Positions 1-6,774 of a stretch of 10,495 nt of DNA are shown here, one piece after another. Below the pieces are notes generated by a model, which searched no databases, was not told where the DNA came from, and worked only from the letters and a program-made list of their open reading frames with translations. The translations under genes and the position numbers were made by a program. The stretch spans positions 1 through 10,495 of the forward strand of contig JABCSY010000125.1 in assembly GCA_018238625.1 (NCBI GenBank), written 5' to 3'. How positions within the stretch are numbered: the stretch's first letter is position 1; each line of letters begins with the position of its first letter. The DNA is from Promethearchaeota archaeon. Its GTDB lineage: Archaea; Asgardarchaeota; Lokiarchaeia; Sigyniarchaeales; SOKP01.

Positions 1-11
1 AGAATAACACA

Positions 12-321
12 ATGCTTAAGATAAAACCGCGTGAATATCAGGAAACTATTTACAATGCTATAAAACATAAAGGTAGTACTCTCGTTGTTCTTCCTACTGG
101 CTTAGGCAAAACATTGATAGCACTTATGGCTATTGATGAAATATATAGCAAAGGCGGCCAGACATTTTTCCTTGCACCAACGCGACCACTCGTTGAGCAA
201 CATTATTCATCAATCGTTTCAATAACAGATATACCAAAGCAAGACATTGTAATGATTAATGGTACGATTCCGCCCAAAAAAAGAAAAGAACTATGGACAA
301 AAAAAGTAATTATATCAACCC
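12..321 (+). CDS. hef: Hef/FANCM (Mph1/ERCC4-like) SF2 helicase, N-terminal fragment only
   Basis: Q motif (PREYQ), motif I (TLVVLPTGLGKT), motif Ia (FLAPTRPLVEQH), G..PP.KR.ELW and the start of motif Ib (VIIST). Similarity stops where motif Ib should continue TPQ. The ORF tail to 386 is antisense MFS sequence, and no DEAH motif is reached. Confidence 0.85.
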
Positions 322-853
322 ATAGAATCTCCTTAATCGTTAGAAATAATAAAAGGATCGCACCTAAAGCGGGACCTAATAGTTGAACAAGCCCTGAAAA
401 TAAAAAGTTTACTCCGTTTATCCTACTCAACTTATCCTTTGGGACCATGATTGGAACAAGACCCCTCACCGTTGTTTGATGAATTCCTTGAAACACGCTG
501 CTTATACCTATAAATAAAAAGACAATCCAAAGCTCAGTGAAATCCATAAGAAAAAAAAGAATTAGAATAAAGGTTGTAAGAGCCTGCAGAGAATCGACAG
601 TTACGATCATCTTTTTTCGATTTAACCTATCTGAAAGAACGCCAGCAATAGGAGTTACGATTAGCGTTGGAACGATGTAAAAGAAAGACGCTAAGGAAAG
701 CAAAATTACGCTCCCAGTTTCAATTTGAATCCACCAAATAAGGATGAAGTCAACCACCATGGTACCTAATAACGAAAATAACTGCCCTGACCAAAAAAAT
801 AAATAGTTCCTAAAGGTCGTCTTAGTTGGTATTACTTCCATCTTTTTCACCAT
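296..853 (-). CDS. MFS transporter, MefA-like/DHA3 family (copy 1), N-terminal half only, 3'-truncated at the junction
   Basis: FWSGQLFSLLG, motif A (PIAGVLSDRLNRKK), MVPKDKLSRING and LWVDIITFFV align with the two full paralogs. Likely start is ATG 853 or 841, overlapping the end of copy 2. The ORF-track extension 203-295 is antisense helicase sequence. Confidence 0.85.
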
Positions 854-2168
854 TGATATTGTTAATTTTTTCAATAATCTCATCAAGATTAGCTTTATCG
901 TCGTAATCAATCTTTTTAACTTTCATTACATACCATGTGTAAGCTGTAGCTACTACTCCTATTATCGAGGCTAAAAGGAACACAACCCTAGCCCCTATGA
1001 GTTCAGCTAAAGGTCCCGCAATTAAAGCACCAAAAGGAGCGATCAATGATGAGATTGAATGATCTATAGAAATCACTCTACCCATCTTATCGTGTGGAAC
1101 AGTTGTTTGTATGATTGTCATGTATATCGTGTTGCCAATGGGTAATAAAAAACCTATTACAAACGCTCCGACTCCCATCATTAGGAAAAAACCATTAGGT
1201 GCTAAAGCTAACACTGAAAGTACTCCCGTTAACACCACCAAAGAACCAAAGTAAGTAAAAAGCTTATGCTTCCACTCCTTTTTTACGCTGGTAAGTAACG
1301 CTCCCAACACCATGCCAACCTGAAAAAAGACCATTACAAACGCAAAATCTGAAGCTGATCCCGCGTGAATATGAGGCGCTTCTATTATATAAGGTAATAA
1401 CACGTTAAAAGGCATCAGCAAAAAGTTCAGCAACATAGACAGCAATAATAATGTTAAAATCCCAGGTATAAGTCTTATCGTCTTTATTCCCGTTTTGAAC
1501 TCAAAAAGAAAAGAATTCTTTTTTTCTTCGATTTTTGATCTTTTTACAACGGGAATTTTAGTAATTAAAAGCGGAATCAAAGCGATAAAAAACGTAATTA
1601 CATCAATCCAAAGTATTAGAAATATATCTCCATGAAGCATTTCGTATAATAACGCTCCGAGTACAGGTCCAATAATATTAACTAAACTCGAGAATAAGTA
1701 ATTAAAACCGTTCATTCGGCTGAGTTTATCTTTTGGAACCATTGTTGGTGTGATAGCGCTTACTGTAGGAACGTGAAACGCCTGAAATATTCCCCGAAGA
1801 CCAACTATCAATATAACTACCAGTGGATTTGCAGCACTAAAAATAAACAAACCTATGATCCATAATGTTGTTAAAGCTTGTAACGAATCCGCTATAACTA
1901 CTATTTTCTTTCTGCTCCACCTATCAGCAAGCACCCCTGCTATAGGAGTCAAAAACGCCATAGGCAACATGTACATGAAAATTCCTATCGATAAAAGAGT
2001 GGGACTTCCGGTTAGTACTATAACCCACCACGTGATAGCAAAATTTACCACGGATGAGCCCAATATCGAAAACAACTGACCCGACCACATAAAAACGTAG
2101 CGCTTAAAGGTCTTACTATTTGCTAATTCTGCTATTTCTTCTGTATCTTCCATTTTTTTATCAACCAT
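822..2168 (-). CDS. MFS transporter, MefA-like/DHA3 efflux family (copy 2)
   Basis: About 12 hydrophobic segments; MWSGQLFSILGS, PIAGVLADRWSRKK, PTMVPKDKLSRMNG, QTTVPHDKMGRVISI. Start is uncertain (TTG 2177, ATG 2168 or ATG 2153). Confidence 0.93.
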   Translation of the reverse strand: MVDKKMEDTEEIAELANSKTFKRYVFMWSGQLFSILGSSVVNFAITWWVIVLTGSPTLLSIGIFMYMLPMAFLTPIAGVLADRWSRKKIVVIADSLQALTTLWIIGLFIFSAANPLVVILIVGLRGIFQAFHVPTVSAITPTMVPKDKLSRMNGFNYLFSSLVNIIGPVLGALLYEMLHGDIFLILWIDVITFFIALIPLLITKIPVVKRSKIEEKKNSFLFEFKTGIKTIRLIPGILTLLLLSMLLNFLLMPFNVLLPYIIEAPHIHAGSASDFAFVMVFFQVGMVLGALLTSVKKEWKHKLFTYFGSLVVLTGVLSVLALAPNGFFLMMGVGAFVIGFLLPIGNTIYMTIIQTTVPHDKMGRVISIDHSISSLIAPFGALIAGPLAELIGARVVFLLASIIGVVATAYTWYVMKVKKIDYDDKANLDEIIEKINNINGEKDGSNTN

Positions 2169-2229
2169 TTTGTTCAAACTCTTTTTATTTTTTTTTTCTC
2201 TTTCTTTTTCTTATTTTTCTCCATTTTTT

Positions 2230-2429
2230 CTATTTTTTTCTATTTACTACGCTTATTCTTTCAATTATCTTTTCAACTACTAACGCAATATTTGGAACTA
2301 ACCTGTCGAAATACTCGTGAATTTATTACCCATTTCTTGATAAATGACACTATCTGATTTTTTAATTTTCTCATACATTATCCCTGATTTCCAGCTATAT
2401 TAATTGTCCATTAAAACATTATATCCCAA
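2230..2429 (-). pseudogene. Possible decayed gene remnant
   Basis: Reads LGYNVLMDN*YSWKSGIMYEKIKKSDSVIYQEMGNK, then after a 1-nt shift near 2322 IHEYFDRLVPNIALVVEKIIERISVVNRKK*. Composition is more coding-like than the flanking T-rich spacer. Confidence 0.3.
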
Positions 2430-2442
2430 TTAAGATTCTCTA

Positions 2443-3390
2443 TCACATTTTATCAATTAAGTCGTTAATTTTTGATATAACTTCATCAGGACTGCTTGTA
2501 AATTTAAATATGCCCTCTTCCAAAGAGCCTTCAATACCATCGTCCACTAATTCGTAGATGAGATTCTCAGCGTCCTCATTAGTTTTATTAAGTGCTTGAG
2601 CGAGCTTATCAATCGGCAAACTCTTTTGTAGTTTGATTAAACCCCTAACCCTCTTTTTTATTCGTTCTTTGTCGTTCTTAGGTGTAATGTTTACGCGAAT
2701 ATTGGGCTTCTTCTTAGTATCTAAATCGATTTTAAATCTCTTTCCATATTTCTTTTCCATTTCTTCACCTAATTCTTCAATACCTGATTCTTTAACCGCG
2801 CGTTCCATATTTTCCCCCCATTCCTCTAGCTTCTTGAAGTCTCCGATGTTATTTTTCACGAATTTCATTGACTTTCGAATTAGTTCTGATACGGAAGAAC
2901 CTAACTCGTCTGACCAATCTCTCCATTCATCGCTCGTGTCGCTATCTACGGAAATATTAATGCGCTTTGAAGTTTTTTTCTGTGCTTTTCTCTGTGCTTT
3001 TTCTAGTTTTTTTCGCATTTTGTCCTCATATTTCTCTCTCTGTTCTTCCATCTTAATCCTTATCAGTTCAAGTTTTTCTCTAGCGCGCTCAATTTGCTCC
3101 CTTGTATCCCCCCCTAAATCGTTTAATCCTTCCGTTGTTTCCCCAATTTCCCTTAATAAATAGACTCTTTCATCCTTCAAATCTTCCAAAGCTTCTCTTA
3201 AATCTTCTTTTACTTCTTCCTTTGCTTCCCTAAGATCGGCTATGTCGTCCTCAAAATCCTCTTGTATATCCTCAAATTCGTCTATAAGATCTTCTTTAAT
3301 GTCGTCTAATTCCCATCTTATCCTTTTTCTTAGACTTTCTATTTCTTGCTCATCTTTATCGTTGCTTTTATTTCCTGGTTCTTTATACAT
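2443..3390 (-). CDS. 315-aa protein: charged coiled coil + ribbon-helix-helix (CopG-like) + C-terminal PCI-like winged helix
   Basis: aa ~15-138 are E/D/K/R-rich heptads. aa ~141-180 (SKRINISVDSDTSDEWRDWSDELGSSVSELIRKSMK) fit the RHH strand-helix-helix pattern. aa ~241-298 (LPIDKLAQALNKTNEDAENLIYELVDDGIEGSL) fit a PCI/wHTH pattern. GGAGG lies 7 nt upstream of the ATG (3398-3402). Confidence 0.75.
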   Translation of the reverse strand: MYKEPGNKSNDKDEQEIESLRKRIRWELDDIKEDLIDEFEDIQEDFEDDIADLREAKEEVKEDLREALEDLKDERVYLLREIGETTEGLNDLGGDTREQIERAREKLELIRIKMEEQREKYEDKMRKKLEKAQRKAQKKTSKRINISVDSDTSDEWRDWSDELGSSVSELIRKSMKFVKNNIGDFKKLEEWGENMERAVKESGIEELGEEMEKKYGKRFKIDLDTKKKPNIRVNITPKNDKERIKKRVRGLIKLQKSLPIDKLAQALNKTNEDAENLIYELVDDGIEGSLEEGIFKFTSSPDEVISKINDLIDKM

Positions 3391-3456
3391 ATCAATTCCT
3401 CCATACTACTTGTTAGTTGGTTTTGTATTTCCTATTTCATTTTTTTTTTAATTAAC

Positions 3457-4152
3457 TTATTTTTGTATTATATCTTCGGCAGCTTCGGAAATTTGAATAG
3501 GTTTGTTAGCTAAAGTTGCTTTAGCGTCAACTTCAATACTGTCGATATAATATACATTTCCTGAAATATCCGTTCGATTACCAATTTTCACGTTTCTTCC
3601 TTTTACATCCCCTTGAACAAATGTGTTATAAATTTCAACATTATTAGCTGCAAGAATACTACCGTCAATGATATAAGGTTGTCTATGTTTTTTCCTTCCG
3701 ATTGTTGCAGAATGAACGCCAATATACACGTTATCCCCATTGATATCTCCTTTAATTGTGGTTGATCCATCAATATTTATATTTTTTTGCGAGAACAACA
3801 ACCCCCCTACTTTTGTTGAGCCTGAAAGTCGAATTCCTTGAAGCGCTTCAACTTCTTCCCCGCTCCTTAACGACCCCGAGTTCGCAAACTCGCCTTTTAT
3901 TTCGATGCCTCCTTCCACTGTTGTTGAGCCAGAAAACTTGGCGTTACCACCTCCATAAAGGGCACCCGCAACTCTGAACGAACCAGAACTTTTAATATCG
4001 CCAAGAACAGTTAAATTTCCTAACGCTCTCAAGGAACCAGACGTTCTAAACCCTGTACATTCAAAATCTCCGTCAATTTTAACTGAACCTGAAACGCTTA
4101 TATGATCGTTAATTTTTCCTGCCGAAAGACTTCCTGATCCTGAAATTTTCAT
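3457..4152 (-). CDS. Polymer-forming cytoskeletal protein (bactofilin/CcmA-like, Bacillus YhbE/YhbF type), beta-helical
   Basis: Begins MKISGSGSLSAG; repeated (S/D)GS-x-x-(V/I/L)-x-G rungs with ~17-18 aa period; C-terminal VQGDVKGRNVKIG...ISGNVYYIDSIEV. GGAGG lies 7 nt upstream of the ATG (4160-4164). Confidence 0.82.
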   Translation of the reverse strand: MKISGSGSLSAGKINDHISVSGSVKIDGDFECTGFRTSGSLRALGNLTVLGDIKSSGSFRVAGALYGGGNAKFSGSTTVEGGIEIKGEFANSGSLRSGEEVEALQGIRLSGSTKVGGLLFSQKNINIDGSTTIKGDINGDNVYIGVHSATIGRKKHRQPYIIDGSILAANNVEIYNTFVQGDVKGRNVKIGNRTDISGNVYYIDSIEVDAKATLANKPIQISEAAEDIIQK

Positions 4153-4262
4153 TTTTTTTCCTCCATTTCTCCTTTTTTTTAATTTTTTTTCTCAAATTTG
4201 ATTTATTTTACTTTGCTTTTGTTTTATTTTGTTTTGTTTTGTGTTTTTTGCTTTCTATTTTA
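4153..4262. repeat. Low-complexity T-rich spacer with imperfect (GTTTT)n units; A-rich on the minus (sense) strand
   Basis: ctttgcttttgttttattttgttttgttttgtgttttttgcttt at 4211-4254. Similar tracts occur at 4398-4497, 4661-4720 and 2178-2245. Confidence 0.7.
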
Positions 4263-4283
4263 ACTTAATTTAAAAAAGTTTAT

Positions 4284-4397
4284 TTATAATAATAAATAAC
4301 AAGGGTTAAGATCTTGCCAATGTTTACTATTTCTCTTAATCTCTTTAACTTCTTCAAAATACCTGGGATTTAATTCCACTTTTCTTATAATGTCCAT
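4284..4397 (-). CDS. Small ORF B, 37 aa: MDIIRKVELNPRYFEEVKEIKRNSKHWQDLNPCYLLL
   Basis: Manually translated ATG 4397 to TAA 4284. GAGGT (4408-4412) followed by an A-run precedes the ATG. It is a mixed-composition island within low-complexity DNA, on the same strand as its neighbours. Confidence 0.65.
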   Translation of the reverse strand: MDIIRKVELNPRYFEEVKEIKRNSKHWQDLNPCYLLL

Positions 4398-4558
4398 CTT
4401 TTTTTTTACCTCTTTTTTCTTTTCTTTTTTTTATTTTTTTTTTTTTAATTGGGAAATTTTTCTTTTAATTTTTTTAATTTTCTGTTTGTTTGTTTATCGT
4501 GATTTTTAAATTGTGTTTTTGATTGTGTAAATAAAAATTATAAAAAAATATTTTATAT

Positions 4559-4645
4559 TTAGTAGTTTACAAAAGTATTTGTTAAAACTTGGGAATATAT
4601 CTTACATCTAACATCTTCTACTGCTGGTTTTTTATCATAGCTCAT
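4559..4645 (-). CDS. Small ORF A, 28 aa: MSYDKKPAVEDVRCKIYSQVLTNTFVNY
   Basis: Manually translated ATG 4645 to TAA 4559. GGAGG (4654-4658) lies 8 nt upstream. It is the first ORF after the candidate TATA box. Confidence 0.65.
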   Translation of the reverse strand: MSYDKKPAVEDVRCKIYSQVLTNTFVNY

Positions 4646-4721
4646 TTTTATTTCCTCCAATTAGTTTTTTTATTATTTTATTTTTATTATTTTGTTTCTA
4701 ATTAGTATATTATTTTTTTCA

Positions 4722-4729
4722 TATTTAAA
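4722..4729 (-). promoter_or_regulatory. Candidate archaeal TATA box (TTTAAATA) for the sORF/bactofilin-like operon
   Basis: Minus strand reads ACAAATG-TTTAAATA. The same octamer lies upstream of the genes starting at 6753 and 8046. Confidence 0.55.
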
Positions 4730-4733
4730 CATT

Positions 4734-4773
4734 TGTGTATTTCGTGTGTATCGATGATCACCAAAATGTGTAT
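4734..4773. promoter_or_regulatory. Three TGTGTAT direct repeats in 11-bp phase (candidate operator)
   Basis: Exact copies start at 4734, 4745 and 4767 (offsets 0, +11, +33), abutting the BRE/TATA region. Confidence 0.55.
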
Positions 4774-4951
4774 TGCTCAATAAATGAAAAAGCGAAAATG
4801 AAGAGTAATCGTTCTGTATCCTTCGTATTTTAAGTATTTGTATCAAATTATGTTGTGAAGTAAAAAAAGTTGATATATACTTTTTAGATATATATTATCG
4901 AAATTTAAATTTTGAACTAAATAAAAAGTGTTTTATTAATATATATAGAAA

Positions 4952-5899
4952 TTATAGGTGAGAATTAAGCCAATTAATTACATCCTGATAAACTTCATTG
5001 CGGTTAATTTCGTTAAAGATTTCGTGTCGAGCGTTTTCATAAAACTTGTATGTCACATCTTTTACGCCGTATTTTTTAAGCCGATTAATCATAGCCATAA
5101 CCGCTTTAGTTTTATTTCCTATAACGCATAAAGACCCGGAAATGAAGTGGATTGGTAAATCTTTTGGAATGTTTTGCTCTTTTTTCGAATCATATATTTT
5201 CTCAAATCCGTGAAGGAATTCTAGCCAAAGACTGGCTGGGCTCACGAAACCACACCAAGGATCGTCGATATATTTCTGAACTTCTTCCTTATCTCTACTG
5301 AGCCATTCAAAGCCCGTTGCACCTTCCTCGTTCTGCCAATCGAGGTTGTTAGATTTAAAGTTCATGTCATGCATTTTTTGACTTGGTTCATTTGGACCAC
5401 GTTTCTTTATATCACCTTTAAGAATGAGTTTTCCAGCCTTAATAACTAGAGCTCTCACTTTCCCGTTGGTGCCACTTAAGATAACACCTTTAATTTCATT
5501 TCCCCAATCTTGAATATAATCTTGTGTTAGCATGGCGCCCCAAGAATGTCCTATTAAGAATATCGGAAGGTTAGGATGGTCTTTCTTGATAATACTTGTT
5601 AATTCGTGAAGATCATTTACTACACCCCTCCACCCATTAGGCCCTAAAACTCCAGCGTTCCCCTCTATAGTTTTTTCGGTCAAATCACCAGCTGTTCTCC
5701 CGTGACCGCGAGCATCGTTAGCGTAACAAACGTAACCATCGTTGCATAAAGCTTCAGCTACTCGAGCGTATCGCTTAGCATGTTCTGCTAATCCATGAAC
5801 GATTTGAACAACTGCTTTAGGGGGATTATCCGGTTCCCATTTGTATACGAATATTTCAATATCGTCCTTATCTTTAAAAGTAAATGTAGAACTTTTCAT
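4952..5899 (-). CDS. Alpha/beta hydrolase, lysophospholipase/monoacylglycerol lipase (PldB-like) family
   Basis: VQIVHGLAEHAKRY, DARGHGRT, nucleophile elbow GHSWG (Ser119), WLSRD..EV..Y..DPWCGF and ARHEIFNE (His292). Confidence 0.93.
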   Translation of the reverse strand: MKSSTFTFKDKDDIEIFVYKWEPDNPPKAVVQIVHGLAEHAKRYARVAEALCNDGYVCYANDARGHGRTAGDLTEKTIEGNAGVLGPNGWRGVVNDLHELTSIIKKDHPNLPIFLIGHSWGAMLTQDYIQDWGNEIKGVILSGTNGKVRALVIKAGKLILKGDIKKRGPNEPSQKMHDMNFKSNNLDWQNEEGATGFEWLSRDKEEVQKYIDDPWCGFVSPASLWLEFLHGFEKIYDSKKEQNIPKDLPIHFISGSLCVIGNKTKAVMAMINRLKKYGVKDVTYKFYENARHEIFNEINRNEVYQDVINWLNSHL

Positions 5900-6104
5900 T
5901 TTTTTTTTACCGTCATAAATTTTGTTTAAGAATTAATTATGCATTGTTTAGGTTTAGTTTATAATTTTACTATTTTGGAAATTAAGAATATATAACAAAA
6001 AAAGTAATATAGCCTTACACAAGTTTTCGAAATAATTCGCCACTTAACCTAATACATGAACAAATCTTTTATTTAGACGCTACTAAGAAATAATGAGAAT
6101 TAGT

Positions 6105-6533
6105 TTAATCCCATAATTCTAAGAAATCAAACTCAGATAATTCATTTATTCTTGGGAAATGTCTTTTGTCTTTTGTGATTAGAGTAACTTTGTTTGCTAT
6201 GGCAATAGAAGCGCTTAAAAGATCAGATTGAGGCACTCGAAGCCCTTGATCGTCCAATTCGGCGCAAATTTCGCCGTATATTTTACTTGAATTATTATCT
6301 AATGTTAGAATTTCCGGAAAATTTAATATAAACTTATTTAACTTTTTTACTTCGGCAATTTGTTTTTCTTTTGATTTTAGGCGATAGGCACCATACCATA
6401 GTTCACATGCGGTGATTTGAGTAATTCGTAGATCCGCTCCTTGAACTATCAATTCGTTAATTTTTTTATTCGTTTTTTGGTTTTTTCCTCTCAAGAAATC
6501 AATAGCTACATCAGTTTCAATAATTTTAATCAT
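6105..6533 (-). CDS. vapC: PIN-domain ribonuclease toxin (VapC family)
   Basis: IETDVAIDFLRG, ITACELWYG, SDLLSASIAI and LITKDKRHF; 142 aa; overlaps the upstream antitoxin by 8 nt. Confidence 0.92.
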   Translation of the reverse strand: MIKIIETDVAIDFLRGKNQKTNKKINELIVQGADLRITQITACELWYGAYRLKSKEKQIAEVKKLNKFILNFPEILTLDNNSSKIYGEICAELDDQGLRVPQSDLLSASIAIANKVTLITKDKRHFPRINELSEFDFLELWD

Positions 6534-6753
6534 TGGTTTCGCGACCTGTTAAGTTATTTTCTCTAATTCTTTTTACATTTTCCTCTAACCCATTCCACAA
6601 CTCAGGATCAAACTTGTTTTGCAATAATAGCCACGGATTGTCTTTTTTAGAAATTAACCTTTCGATCAATCTCGAGAATGATTCGCCTTCTCGTTTTTCG
6701 TTTTTTAGTAAATTATATGCTTGTTCTGACAATGAAATTGTTTTTTGCGTCAT
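6526..6753 (-). CDS. vapB: Archaeal VapB-type antitoxin (DUF217/UPF0330-like)
   Basis: KTISLSEQAYNLLKNEKREGESFSRLIERL signature; 75 aa; directly upstream of the PIN gene. Confidence 0.88.
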   Translation of the reverse strand: MTQKTISLSEQAYNLLKNEKREGESFSRLIERLISKKDNPWLLLQNKFDPELWNGLEENVKRIRENNLTGRETND

Positions 6754-6774
6754 ACTTAAGTAACATAAATAGAC

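Noticed and set aside
12-386. 124-aa ORF as a complete mini-helicase, and the 235-aa ORF (203-910) as a complete half-size MFS
   Set aside because: Each tail is the antisense reading of the other gene beyond the 296-321 junction.
1855-2320. Plus-strand ORFs 1855-2079 and 2120-2320
   Set aside because: The first is an antisense shadow of MFS copy 2. The second is a Phe/Leu-rich translation of a T-rich spacer with a non-ATG start.
2290-2400. HepT/DUF86-like fragments (IAG, IRD, IHEYF)
   Set aside because: The pieces lie in different frames with wrong spacing for the R-x4-H motif, and there is no nucleotidyltransferase partner.
2633-3977. Plus-strand ORFs 2633-3163, 3242-3451 and 3756-3977
   Set aside because: Antisense shadows of the real minus-strand genes; the first two are Ser/Phe/Leu-rich as expected opposite Glu/Lys-rich codons. 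No motifs or SD.
4284-4645. RiPP precursor cluster exported by the MFS transporters
   Set aside because: No radical SAM, YcaO, lanthipeptide or peptidase gene in the window, and the two peptides share no leader.
4862-4945. AT-only palindromes and repeats (AAATTTAAATTT, GATATATA x2)
   Set aside because: Expected by chance in very AT-rich DNA; no positional support.
4153-4950. CRISPR array, tRNA or structured ncRNA in the long intergenic region
   Set aside because: No 25-40 bp repeats with spacers, no cloverleaf and no GC-rich stems; only low-complexity tracts, the sORFs and short motifs.
6105-6753. Mobile element carrying the vapBC pair
   Set aside because: No transposase or integrase, terminal inverted repeats or target-site duplication seen.
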